From: Williopsis jadinii | Lineage: Eukaryota | DNA length: 64,000 nt | Assembly (NCBI GenBank): GCA_024346625.1 | Contig: AP024666.1 | Location: forward strand, 248,001-312,000 | Direction of reading: 5' to 3' | Part shown: positions 30,130 through 38,856 of the stretch, piece by piece | Position numbering within the stretch: position 1 is the first letter of the stretch | Layout: every line of letters starts with the position of its first letter | Notes under the pieces: generated by a model | Seen by the model: only the letters and a program-made list of their open reading frames with translations | Database searches by the model: none | Told to the model about the DNA's origin: nothing | Made by a program: the position numbers and the translations under genes

Positions 30130-32769
30130 CTAAGAGAAACTACCAATTCTAGGACCAAAATATCCATCTGGGGCTGACAGAGGATCCTTCAACGACTGTC
30201 TACCTTCACCACCATCAACACCAACAGACACAATGTTATTTCCCCACCAGTCCAAGGATTTTGGATGGTATTTAACGGAAAAGAATATTATCACAGCACT
30301 AAAAGCAACAGCAGATGAAAATGCAGCTGCCAAAACATAGTTGTACTTCTCCCACCAGCTAGTGTATCTCGACTTGATGTAATACATGAAGGTGAAAGAT
30401 ACGTAAAGGCCTGTCGTGACATACGATAGGTTATATGGTGCATATTGGAGCATTCCACCAATGATCAATGTTGGACTGAACCATCTCATCCTTTTTGAGA
30501 ACTTCTTCTTGATCAGGATACATGGGATAACAGCAAGGAATCCGATCAAAAAGGTCCACTGCAAGATTGGATATAATTCACTGAAGACCTTCTTAGGACC
30601 TATAACACCCCAAAACACACCAGCAGAATAGAAGTTTGTCTCCTTAGGACACGTGAACTTATTTTCTGCTTCTGAAGTACATATGTTTGGGATGTTGGCA
30701 ATCTGCCAGTTAATGACACCAAGAGCAACGAATATCTGGATGAAAGTTGAAATGATTTGTCCTCTGAAGATGGCTCTAGGTGGAATTTTGGCATAGTGTG
30801 CGAGCTTTTGATCAGAAATATAGGTTTCAGCTTGGTTATCGATATTTCTGGATAGAGATTTCAGCGTATTCAAAGCAAGACCATTTCCTGGTAAAGCATA
30901 ACCGATAATCAACTCTGTTAAAACATTCATAGTTAGGGCAAATCCAGTAGTTGAATAGATTATACAGATTGGAATCAGGAAGATAGCATTGAGGCCAACA
31001 ATGAAGAAAATACCCCACACTGGAGTTTGAGCTGGATATACCTTCACACAGATGATTGCAAGTACGACTGCAATGATAAGTATGATCAAGTAGCACCAAT
31101 CTGGAACTTCCTTGTACTTTGACATCATACGAGAGTGGGGGTCATTATACCCATAGTAACTGGAACGCTTCCAGTTTCTGGCGTTTTTAAAGAGTTGTGT
31201 CACTCCCAGCTTCACAGTAGACCACTCATGGTATATAGTGTAAAAGAAACCAAACGGATAAAGTGCAAAGAATGCACCGTAGACAAGTAGGTTACCGGCA
31301 GAGTAGAAAGGAGGGGAGTACTCTCGGTACTTCTCTTCCACTAGATGAGAAGTGGAGTCTAGGATAGTGCTGACATTGTATCTCTCACCTGTATTGGTGA
31401 AAATGTCATTGTCATTAATTGGAAGATAGGCAGTCCACTTGTAGTTACTGTAGTAGAGACCGATAACCACGAAGAACCCAATGAATGTTCCAATGTACTG
31501 GTTCAGCTGAGAAAAGAATGGAATCGTCAAAGAGTAATTGTAATCGATGATATTCCAATCGAAGGTGACAAGGGGATTCATGCCCAAACCGAATTGTTCT
31601 CCAGAAACAGCCGCAAGATTGAAGTTCTCTGGTTTTATCCATGTCATCCACGAGAACGTTGATAGACCTTCAAACAAATAGGAAGGCACCCAGTTGTATA
31701 AAAACATCGCACTGAAGAAGTAGGCGAAGAACTTGTATCTTGTCAGCGTCCAACCATGGATATTTTCCTTCTTCTCAGGCTTCAAGAGAGCTCGGTTAAG
31801 TGCCAAGGTTGGAAGCAAAGTTGGCCAGATACATCTCTGTTCATACACTGCAAATCTTCTAACAATGCCCACCAGTCCAAATCCGAGAAATTGAGAAGCT
31901 GCCATCAAGAGGAACTCATAACCAAAGTCAATCCAGTCAGTGTAAAAGAACACCTTCAGTTTCTGCATATAGATGTTATGAGAAACATAAGTGTACGAGA
32001 TGGCAACGTTGAAGATGATCGTGGCAAACATCTGCTCCTTGTACGTCCAAGGACCTGGGTTGAGCGAGTGTCTGATACCTCTGATGGTGATACCCCAATC
32101 TGGCAGTGTAAGGGCCAAGAATTTACCACAAGGATACAAGAGCAATTGAATCATTGAGGAACTCAGAGTAATCTGAGGTTTTCTGTGCATGAAGAATTCA
32201 TTAACGCCAGCGCCAATAATAGTCCAAAAGAACCCCAGAATGTAAGCTCTGATTGTTTCCACTGGTATTGATGGATCATCGATAGGATCAGTCACACCTC
32301 TGATTTCAGGGTAAGGAGAGTGAAACATAACCAACCCTGCCTCAAGCTTACATTGGAATGACCATTCAGCCGGGGACAGGTTACAGTACTCAGCACCTTC
32401 GACTAAGCTCTCCATGCGTTCGTACACTGGTAATGGAAAGTTGGCATCTGCAGCATACTCTTTCAGAATGTCTCTAAGATGGGAGACAGCATCAGAGGTG
32501 GACATGGCTTCAATTTGCTCAATCATATGAGCAGCCTCACTTGGAAGACTCCCTGTGTCAAGAATATCACCATCTGTGACCACACCATGTCCACATCTAT
32601 CCAGAATTGTCTGTCTGTGCTCGACGTTAACCTCTTCCGATGTGAACCCATCCGAAAGCTCGATGGTTTCAGTTTCAGCGCTCACCTGCTTCTTATTCTC
32701 AGCTTCCAGGTGACTGGATGAGCTATCGACAGAAGGGCTCTTGCTGAAGCTTTTCGTGTTAGGGTACAT
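30130..32769 (-). CDS. OPT-family oligopeptide transporter
   Basis: HSPYPEIRGV, PVETIRAY, LNPGPWTYKEQ, DQKLAHYAKIPPR, WGVIGPK, WEKYNYVL, LDWWGN. Confidence 0.95.
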   Translation of the reverse strand: MYPNTKSFSKSPSVDSSSSHLEAENKKQVSAETETIELSDGFTSEEVNVEHRQTILDRCGHGVVTDGDILDTGSLPSEAAHMIEQIEAMSTSDAVSHLRDILKEYAADANFPLPVYERMESLVEGAEYCNLSPAEWSFQCKLEAGLVMFHSPYPEIRGVTDPIDDPSIPVETIRAYILGFFWTIIGAGVNEFFMHRKPQITLSSSMIQLLLYPCGKFLALTLPDWGITIRGIRHSLNPGPWTYKEQMFATIIFNVAISYTYVSHNIYMQKLKVFFYTDWIDFGYEFLLMAASQFLGFGLVGIVRRFAVYEQRCIWPTLLPTLALNRALLKPEKKENIHGWTLTRYKFFAYFFSAMFLYNWVPSYLFEGLSTFSWMTWIKPENFNLAAVSGEQFGLGMNPLVTFDWNIIDYNYSLTIPFFSQLNQYIGTFIGFFVVIGLYYSNYKWTAYLPINDNDIFTNTGERYNVSTILDSTSHLVEEKYREYSPPFYSAGNLLVYGAFFALYPFGFFYTIYHEWSTVKLGVTQLFKNARNWKRSSYYGYNDPHSRMMSKYKEVPDWCYLIILIIAVVLAIICVKVYPAQTPVWGIFFIVGLNAIFLIPICIIYSTTGFALTMNVLTELIIGYALPGNGLALNTLKSLSRNIDNQAETYISDQKLAHYAKIPPRAIFRGQIISTFIQIFVALGVINWQIANIPNICTSEAENKFTCPKETNFYSAGVFWGVIGPKKVFSELYPILQWTFLIGFLAVIPCILIKKKFSKRMRWFSPTLIIGGMLQYAPYNLSYVTTGLYVSFTFMYYIKSRYTSWWEKYNYVLAAAFSSAVAFSAVIIFFSVKYHPKSLDWWGNNIVSVGVDGGEGRQSLKDPLSAPDGYFGPRIGSFS

Positions 32770-33334
32770 TGACTTGTTGCGTTGTTGTACTAGCCATATG
32801 CATCACTGGTTCTCGGTGCACAAGTATTCTTTATATATTCTTCAGTCAACACTTTCAGAAGTTGGCAGCATCAGCTATCACCAGATATGCAACACAAGGG
32901 TCTCAGACCACAACACTCACAGAAAGTGTGAAGTAGTCAGTTGTACACCGATAGACAAAGATATCGTGGCAAGCCAGTCGCATGATTTGAGTTTTGGATC
33001 TTGCTTCATCGGCATTTAATTTTTCACGATAACGGCGTTATTCCTAAACCGGAAAGTAGCCGGAGCGGTATTTCGGAGCACTTCCTAAAGAGGAAGTGAT
33101 CCGTCGTCCCAGTCTACCTCACCGTAGGATACAGATAAGAGGATTCACTCACTGAAGACAGCCTCCATTACGAAAGCACAGCCGGCGAATCAGAGACAGT
33201 GGACAGTGAGCATGGCATCAGTATGAGCTGATGTGCCAAATAGTACACTCTGAAGGAAAATATATAAAGGCTGTGACAGGATCTCGAGAGTTCATCATAC
33301 CAAGCTCTGTGATTCCAATCATCAGAAGACAACA
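32770..33334. promoter_or_regulatory. Divergent promoter shared by the OPT and C45 genes: CGG cluster, 8-bp inverted repeat, two outward TATA boxes
   Basis: CGG at 33010, 33033, 33050, 33061, 33066 and 33074; CACTTCCT-AAAG-AGGAAGTG 33079-33098; TATATAAA 33261-33268 (+) and TATATAA ~32831-32837 (-). Confidence 0.65.
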
Positions 33335-34564
33335 ATGACTACATCGTCAGAGTTCTACCAGCATATCGTTGTTAAGGGTACACCCTATGAGAGAGGGTTT
33401 TCCCACGGTACTCAGTTGAAGGAAAAGATCCAACAACTCGCCAACCACTACATGACTGAAGCCGAGATTCCTCCTTGGTCCTGGTGTCAGAATGTAATCA
33501 ACAATTACTACATTCCTGCTTTGAAGAAGTACGATCCTTCTTCGCACGCAGAGATTGAGGGTATCTCCAAGGGGTCTGAAACGCCACTGGAGCAGATCTA
33601 TCTTATCAATGCCAGATACGACCTCACCAAGTACTTGAACAACAAGTCAAATCTCTATGAAGTGAAGGACGAATCGGAGTGCACCGTTGCTACAGTCATT
33701 GACGAGACAGGTGTCAGAATCGGCCAAAACTGGGACTTGGACTCCTACGTCTATGACAACGACCTCTGTGTGATCTTGGAAGCCCACACTCAACCAGAGG
33801 AAAACCTACCAAAAGTGATAATTTCACTCGGCGAGGTTGGCCAACTCGGGAGATCTGGTATGAACTCAAGAGGCATGGGGTTGTGTGCATCATCTTTGAA
33901 TGCAAACATCGATAACTTCACCTTCACGAAGGACACCGATGGCTTTGTAAACCCACCACCTATTCCTTTGTCATTTGCCAGAAGAAAATACTTGAGCTGT
34001 AAGAACTGGGCTAACGGCTTGAAGTACGTTGTCGGTGCACCAAGACATGTTTCTGGAAATGTATTGATGGCCACAAGGGAAAAGGAGGCTATTGATCTTG
34101 AACTTGTTCCAGAGAGTTACTTCGTCATCTATCCAACATTTGTTGACTCTGAAGGCCGTGAATGTTTGCCTAACACCAATGGCCGTGCGTTCATTTCCCA
34201 TTCCAATCACTTTACCTCTCCTGGTTATTCACCATCTTCTGGCCACCTCTATTGCAGAAACCCAGGTGGCTCATCTCTTTACAGACAGAGAAGGGTTGCG
34301 ACTCGCTTGGTTGACTATATCAAGTCACAGCCACGGGGAAAAGGTCTCCCTGTGCCAGTGATCCAAGATTGTTTCTCTGATACTGTCTGCTCACCAAATG
34401 CTGTGTCTGAGGTTAAAAACACCAGATCTGAACCGGAAGGTGATGAAGTCTTAATGACAGTTGCATCCGTTGTCTATGATCTTACAAATGGTACAATGAC
34501 TGTTTGTAAAGGTCCGCCACACCTGGCCAAATGGAAGACTTACACAATTGCAATGGAAGACTAG
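33335..34564 (+). CDS. Peptidase C45 / acyl-CoA:6-aminopenicillanate acyltransferase-like Ntn hydrolase
   Basis: GTPYERGFSHG, EIEGISKG, INARYDL, E-C116-TVA (putative autocleavage nucleophile), GQNWD, GMNSRGMGLC, HSNHF, S-x-x-R (SLYRQRR). Confidence 0.85.
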   Translation: MTTSSEFYQHIVVKGTPYERGFSHGTQLKEKIQQLANHYMTEAEIPPWSWCQNVINNYYIPALKKYDPSSHAEIEGISKGSETPLEQIYLINARYDLTKYLNNKSNLYEVKDESECTVATVIDETGVRIGQNWDLDSYVYDNDLCVILEAHTQPEENLPKVIISLGEVGQLGRSGMNSRGMGLCASSLNANIDNFTFTKDTDGFVNPPPIPLSFARRKYLSCKNWANGLKYVVGAPRHVSGNVLMATREKEAIDLELVPESYFVIYPTFVDSEGRECLPNTNGRAFISHSNHFTSPGYSPSSGHLYCRNPGGSSLYRQRRVATRLVDYIKSQPRGKGLPVPVIQDCFSDTVCSPNAVSEVKNTRSEPEGDEVLMTVASVVYDLTNGTMTVCKGPPHLAKWKTYTIAMED

Positions 34565-34706
34565 ACAGATATTTATTTAGATTCCAATTGAACTTCAATT
34601 CTTGATATTTCAGATGTAGTTGTAAGTAAAATCATTTTATAGCTAAGCAAGCACTGAGAGCCCTCCAGAGAGTGACAAAGCGAGAGATTTTACAATTCAA
34701 CGATTG

Positions 34707-34779
34707 GGGCGTGTGGCGTAGTTGGTAGCGCGTTCGCTTAGCATGCGAAAGGTCTCCGGTTCGACTCCGGACTCGTCCA
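34707..34779 (+). tRNA. tRNA-Ala(AGC), intronless
   Basis: GGGCGTGTGGCGTAGTTGGTAGCGC...TTAGCAT...GGTTCGACTCCGGACTCGTCCA; closely matches yeast tRNA-Ala with G3:U70. Confidence 0.97.
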
Positions 34780-34780
34780 A

Positions 34781-34792
34781 TTTTTTTTTTTT
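34781..34792 (+). terminator. Pol III oligo-T terminator of tRNA-Ala
   Basis: T12 run directly after the tRNA. Confidence 0.9.
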
Positions 34793-35062
34793 CAATTTGG
34801 CATAGAGGTGCTATGCTAGTGTGGTTTGAATACGTGTAGACATTTAACCGACAGTAGCCACCGTTGCTAGAGCCAAGATCATGATGACAATGGTATATAT
34901 CTCAGAACTCGAAGTATTGACATAGTGGGCACTTATTATGAGCAAACAGTACAGTACAAGTCATCAATATTGATAGGTGACATTACACGAGTAATTCTCT
35001 TATACAGTACTCTCTGGGTGAGAAATGACTAAGCATACCGGTTAATACGAATACTCATACAA

Positions 35063-35563
35063 TCAGTCATCCTCTAAAGGTCGTAGTCCAACGATTTGCT
35101 GCAACATCACTAACTTCTCGCCCGTAGAGATATCAGCAGTGCCCGGTGTCTGTCCAATAAAGTAAAACTCCATCAGCTCAGTCAATTGATCCTGCGACCT
35201 GGAGTAGAAAGCAGCCTTCGTTACAGGCCAAACCTCTGCGCAAGGCTCCTCTCCACACACATTCACAACACGCTCCAGAATCTCACCATCCTCCTTCTTG
35301 GTGTTAGCAATGGCAGACTTCTTCTGCAGTTCAATGATTTCAGACAGGGCATCCTCTTCACCATCGAAGATGAGCAGATACTGCTCCAACTCAGTCTCAA
35401 CCTCCTCAAGTGCTACACCCGAAAGTTCCTCTATCCTTGGTAGGAGCTTTGCGTGTGCTAAGTCAGTCATGATCTCTGTATACTTTGAGCCATCCGAGAC
35501 TTGGTCCTTCAGCAATTGATACCTCGATCCCAGAGCTTCATATAGATTCAATTGATGAGACAT
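35063..35563 (-). CDS. Uncharacterised acidic, probably helical 166-aa protein
   Basis: ATG-started ORF with globular-looking composition, divergent from CUE3; no family recognised. Confidence 0.6.
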   Translation of the reverse strand: MSHQLNLYEALGSRYQLLKDQVSDGSKYTEIMTDLAHAKLLPRIEELSGVALEEVETELEQYLLIFDGEEDALSEIIELQKKSAIANTKKEDGEILERVVNVCGEEPCAEVWPVTKAAFYSRSQDQLTELMEFYFIGQTPGTADISTGEKLVMLQQIVGLRPLEDD

Positions 35564-35729
35564 GACACATATGCCTCTTCTTCCAGCACACTGGCTTGGA
35601 AATGTCTCATTTCAAAATGTGTTGTGATGCAATTAGTTTATATAGCCCTGCTTAAACTGGTGAAAAATTCAAATTCTTCCCACTTGGGATACACTTCAAC
35701 AGAAAGTACTGGGAGCAAGACAGGCTATC

Positions 35730-37433
35730 ATGACTACGAAGAAGGAGGATGTTCTGGAAATCAACATAGAGAAGACCGCAATGGAACTTCCTGTGACAGC
35801 ATTCCCACCGTTCAAGCTGAGGTCTGCGATGGTGGATAAGGACCCAGTGATTTGGGTTCACCTTATTGAAATTTACATCCAGTATGTCGAGACCATCTTG
35901 ACAACACCGTGGGACCTGAACGAAAGAAGTGAGCAACAACTACAAACCTTTGTGAAGACGTATCTCTTTGAGATTGCTGAGGAGCAGGGTCAGATTCTTT
36001 CTCTTGGTCTTATCAACGTTCAAATCACCGAAAACTTGTCCATTCTTCGAGCATGGATGTTAGATCTCATCAAGAATCTGGGAGTGTTGAGGCTGAAACT
36101 GAATGGTGAATCCCTATGGAATATGTCCAGGATCTATTCTCCTAAGAATGCAGCTACTGTTAGAGGAATCATTGACGGCAGTCTCAAACCGAGAGATAAT
36201 AGAACTATCAGTGGCATCTCCCAGGTGCATCGCCATATCGAATCTCTAGTGTCCAATGGCAAGTTTTCTAAAGTGGACTTAGAGACGTTTGCATTCCTCG
36301 TGACTGATAAGCAGAAGGTGTCTCAAAGAGGTAAGAAGCCCCCGAGGAAAGATCAAAAGTTTGGAGACAAGTTCATCACGGTTTCATGGTGGGAAACATT
36401 GGAGAAGCTGTATGCAAAGGGCCAAGGTCGATTCGCACAGCAGTCTAAAGAGATTGGGATCTTATCACTCATCTCGGTTTCGCTAGCTAGAGTAGCAGCA
36501 CTGGCTACTGAACTGGGCATAACATCAGTACATTCTCTCGGACCCTACCCTCTGTTTGCGGGCATCACCACTTCGGCATCTTTCGGAGAGTTACAGCCAG
36601 GTTTAGATACAAAGATTCCATTTTTGAAAGTCAAGGTGAAAGGCCCTGTCGACAAAGAGCATGTCCAGTCACTGATTGCGATGTTTCCTGCCCTATCAGT
36701 ATCACAAACGGAGAAACTCCTACGAAAATATGACCATAATGTTGAGTCAGTGACAAACTTGTTATTGGAGAACCCAGAGGCAGCAGTCGAAGCTGTTAAG
36801 GTTGTTCCCAAAGTACCAACTGCGGACTCCATCATTCAGAAGAAAGTCATATCAAAGAAGCCACATTACGTTCCTGACGAGCATAAGAACCGTACTCTCA
36901 ATGCAGCTTTGAAGCTGATGTACGAGGCAGATGAGGACGAACATGATGATACCTACGATGAAGCAGAGGCTATAGCAGGACTTACAGGTGGTGATCACTC
37001 CAAATACGACAAGATGGAAGAATATCTCTGGAACATCTTCAAAAAGGACCCACAACTGCTGGAGAAATCAGCTCGCAAATCCTCCAAGAGAAAGGAAATC
37101 AAGAATCATACCAAATGGTCTGATGAGCAAATAGAGGGTTGGGCCAGAATGATACAAAAGTCACCAAAGAGGGCGAAGGCTTTAGAGTCCAAGTATATGT
37201 TTAGAGGCAACAAGCCTGAGAGGTCATCTTTCATAAATGGTGCAAAGGATGAGGAAGAGGTGGAGCAAGTGGAGGAGAGGGCTGCAAAGACTTCGGCACC
37301 AGGTACTTCAGAGCCTATAAAGTCGGCTAAAAACAGTAAAAGAGATCATGCACGCAACGAGAAGAATAAAGCATCAAAGGCAAACCATAACAGGAAGCTA
37401 GGCCACGATAGAAAGATGAACAAGGGCATTTGA
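35730..37433 (+). CDS. CUE3: CUE-domain RQT complex subunit Cue3/Rqt3 (ASCC2-like)
   Basis: FPPFKLRSAMVDKDPVIWVHL, CUE-like LIAMFP...NLLLE, YEADEDEHDDTYD, TKWSDEQIEGWARM, NHNRKLGHDRK. Confidence 0.9.
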   Translation: MTTKKEDVLEINIEKTAMELPVTAFPPFKLRSAMVDKDPVIWVHLIEIYIQYVETILTTPWDLNERSEQQLQTFVKTYLFEIAEEQGQILSLGLINVQITENLSILRAWMLDLIKNLGVLRLKLNGESLWNMSRIYSPKNAATVRGIIDGSLKPRDNRTISGISQVHRHIESLVSNGKFSKVDLETFAFLVTDKQKVSQRGKKPPRKDQKFGDKFITVSWWETLEKLYAKGQGRFAQQSKEIGILSLISVSLARVAALATELGITSVHSLGPYPLFAGITTSASFGELQPGLDTKIPFLKVKVKGPVDKEHVQSLIAMFPALSVSQTEKLLRKYDHNVESVTNLLLENPEAAVEAVKVVPKVPTADSIIQKKVISKKPHYVPDEHKNRTLNAALKLMYEADEDEHDDTYDEAEAIAGLTGGDHSKYDKMEEYLWNIFKKDPQLLEKSARKSSKRKEIKNHTKWSDEQIEGWARMIQKSPKRAKALESKYMFRGNKPERSSFINGAKDEEEVEQVEERAAKTSAPGTSEPIKSAKNSKRDHARNEKNKASKANHNRKLGHDRKMNKGI

Positions 37434-37464
37434 TTTGACAATATAATATACTATATACTTTATA

Positions 37465-38658
37465 CTAAGTCTTTCTCTTCTTAGTGTCATTCTCTAGTTG
37501 TTCGAGCTCTTCCCATACCAGATCAGGATTTTCCTGCTGTGCTTCCTTCTCGGATCTTCTAAGTGGTCTCTTCTTCTTCTTCTTCTTTTCATCCTCATTA
37601 TCTTCGTTTGGTACACTCTTACCTGATGAAGTGTCCAACAACCACACAGAAGTGACTTTAGAACCGACAAATACCTTTGCAACCTGTTCTCTAGTGTTTA
37701 TGTCAAAGACACGAACGTATCTATCGAGGGCACCTGTCACAAGGAGCTGTTCGTCATCAGTGATGTATGAGTGTAAGCCTTGGACAGCACCAACAGAACC
37801 TTTATATTTTGCAACTAGTGTTCCCTTTTCAACGTGGAACAAAGCAGTAGTGGCATTGGTATCCGAGCATATCACCTCAGACTCGTTTGAAGTCAATGCC
37901 ACCTGTTTCAATGGCTTGTCACTCAGCTTCTTGTCCATAATTGGCTTTCTTCCATGGGAAGTGTCGTACTTTCTCACTTGTCCATAGCCTGTAGTTGTGA
38001 TGAAATTCCACGACTTTTCTGTATCCTTATCGGTGTTGATAAATACGATATTAGTGATCCAAATAGGTACCCTAAGATCCAGTCTGTCATTCTTAACGTT
38101 CTTTCCTTGGAATAGCTGTTCTGGTTTGAGATCTTCAAATGGCGACTCCTTGAACAAACGCACAATCTTAACATCATTCTCCTTACCCCCGTAAGCAAAC
38201 ACACCTTTTTGGGTGGGATGACCAACAAAAGCTGATAGAGGTGCTTTCAATGAACATGAAGCCACGGAGATGTCATCCCTAATGGTTTCAGGGTCAATAA
38301 TTGTAACTCTTCCTTGTTCTGATGCTGCAAAGATGTAGCCAGACACAGTGGTTAGACTGGCAAACTTGTCTTTATCCTTGGAGTCAGCAACTAGCCCGTC
38401 AATAGCAGTATTGATCAAGTCATACGTTTCATTAGTCTTATAGAGACTAATGGTACCGTTGGCCCTAGCAGCTACAACAACGTCACCTTGAGAGGTTGGA
38501 ACCACTGTAAGCTTCTGAATATGGGATCTTATTCCTTGCTCATCAAAAGATGAGATCTTCTCCGGTTGTGGAGCTGTTTGTGAGGAGGTATCGGTGCCCT
38601 TAACACACACAATCTCCTTGAATCCTCCAGAGTCTTCAGCAGTTGCTATGAGCTTCAT
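37465..38658 (-). CDS. NSA1: Pre-60S WD40 factor Nsa1 (WDR74)
   Basis: AYGGKENDVK, KNVKNDRLDLRVPIWIT, VRKYDTSHGRKP, GALDRYVRVFD; ATG at 38658. Confidence 0.92.
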   Translation of the reverse strand: MKLIATAEDSGGFKEIVCVKGTDTSSQTAPQPEKISSFDEQGIRSHIQKLTVVPTSQGDVVVAARANGTISLYKTNETYDLINTAIDGLVADSKDKDKFASLTTVSGYIFAASEQGRVTIIDPETIRDDISVASCSLKAPLSAFVGHPTQKGVFAYGGKENDVKIVRLFKESPFEDLKPEQLFQGKNVKNDRLDLRVPIWITNIVFINTDKDTEKSWNFITTTGYGQVRKYDTSHGRKPIMDKKLSDKPLKQVALTSNESEVICSDTNATTALFHVEKGTLVAKYKGSVGAVQGLHSYITDDEQLLVTGALDRYVRVFDINTREQVAKVFVGSKVTSVWLLDTSSGKSVPNEDNEDEKKKKKKRPLRRSEKEAQQENPDLVWEELEQLENDTKKRKT

Positions 38659-38696
38659 TATGACCTGAGAAGTTTGTTTAATAATGTCTTCTTCGT

Positions 38697-38856
38697 GCGA
38701 TGAGCTTCTGTTTTTTTTTTCGCTCCCTCGAGAATTTTTTTTCCGTCTGCCTACAGCCGATGATGCGATGAGCTCATCTCGAAATGTTCTATACAAGTTC
38801 TACAATTATGATAAGAAGTATTCCGTCAGAGGTGGCTCAGCTCAATCAGCGATGAG
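38697..38856. promoter_or_regulatory. PAC/RRPE cluster of NSA1
   Basis: GCGATGAG at 38697, 38765 (overlapping an inverted GAGATGAG) and 38849; aatttttttt RRPE-like at ~38733. Confidence 0.7.

Noticed and set aside
28076..34779. Penicillin biosynthesis cluster or a mobile element integrated at the tRNA
   Set aside because: No ACV synthetase, IPNS, integrase, transposase, LTR or target-site duplication is visible in the window
34881..34960. ATGATGA C-box-like motif downstream of the tRNA
   Set aside because: No matching CTGA D box or recognisable guide nearby
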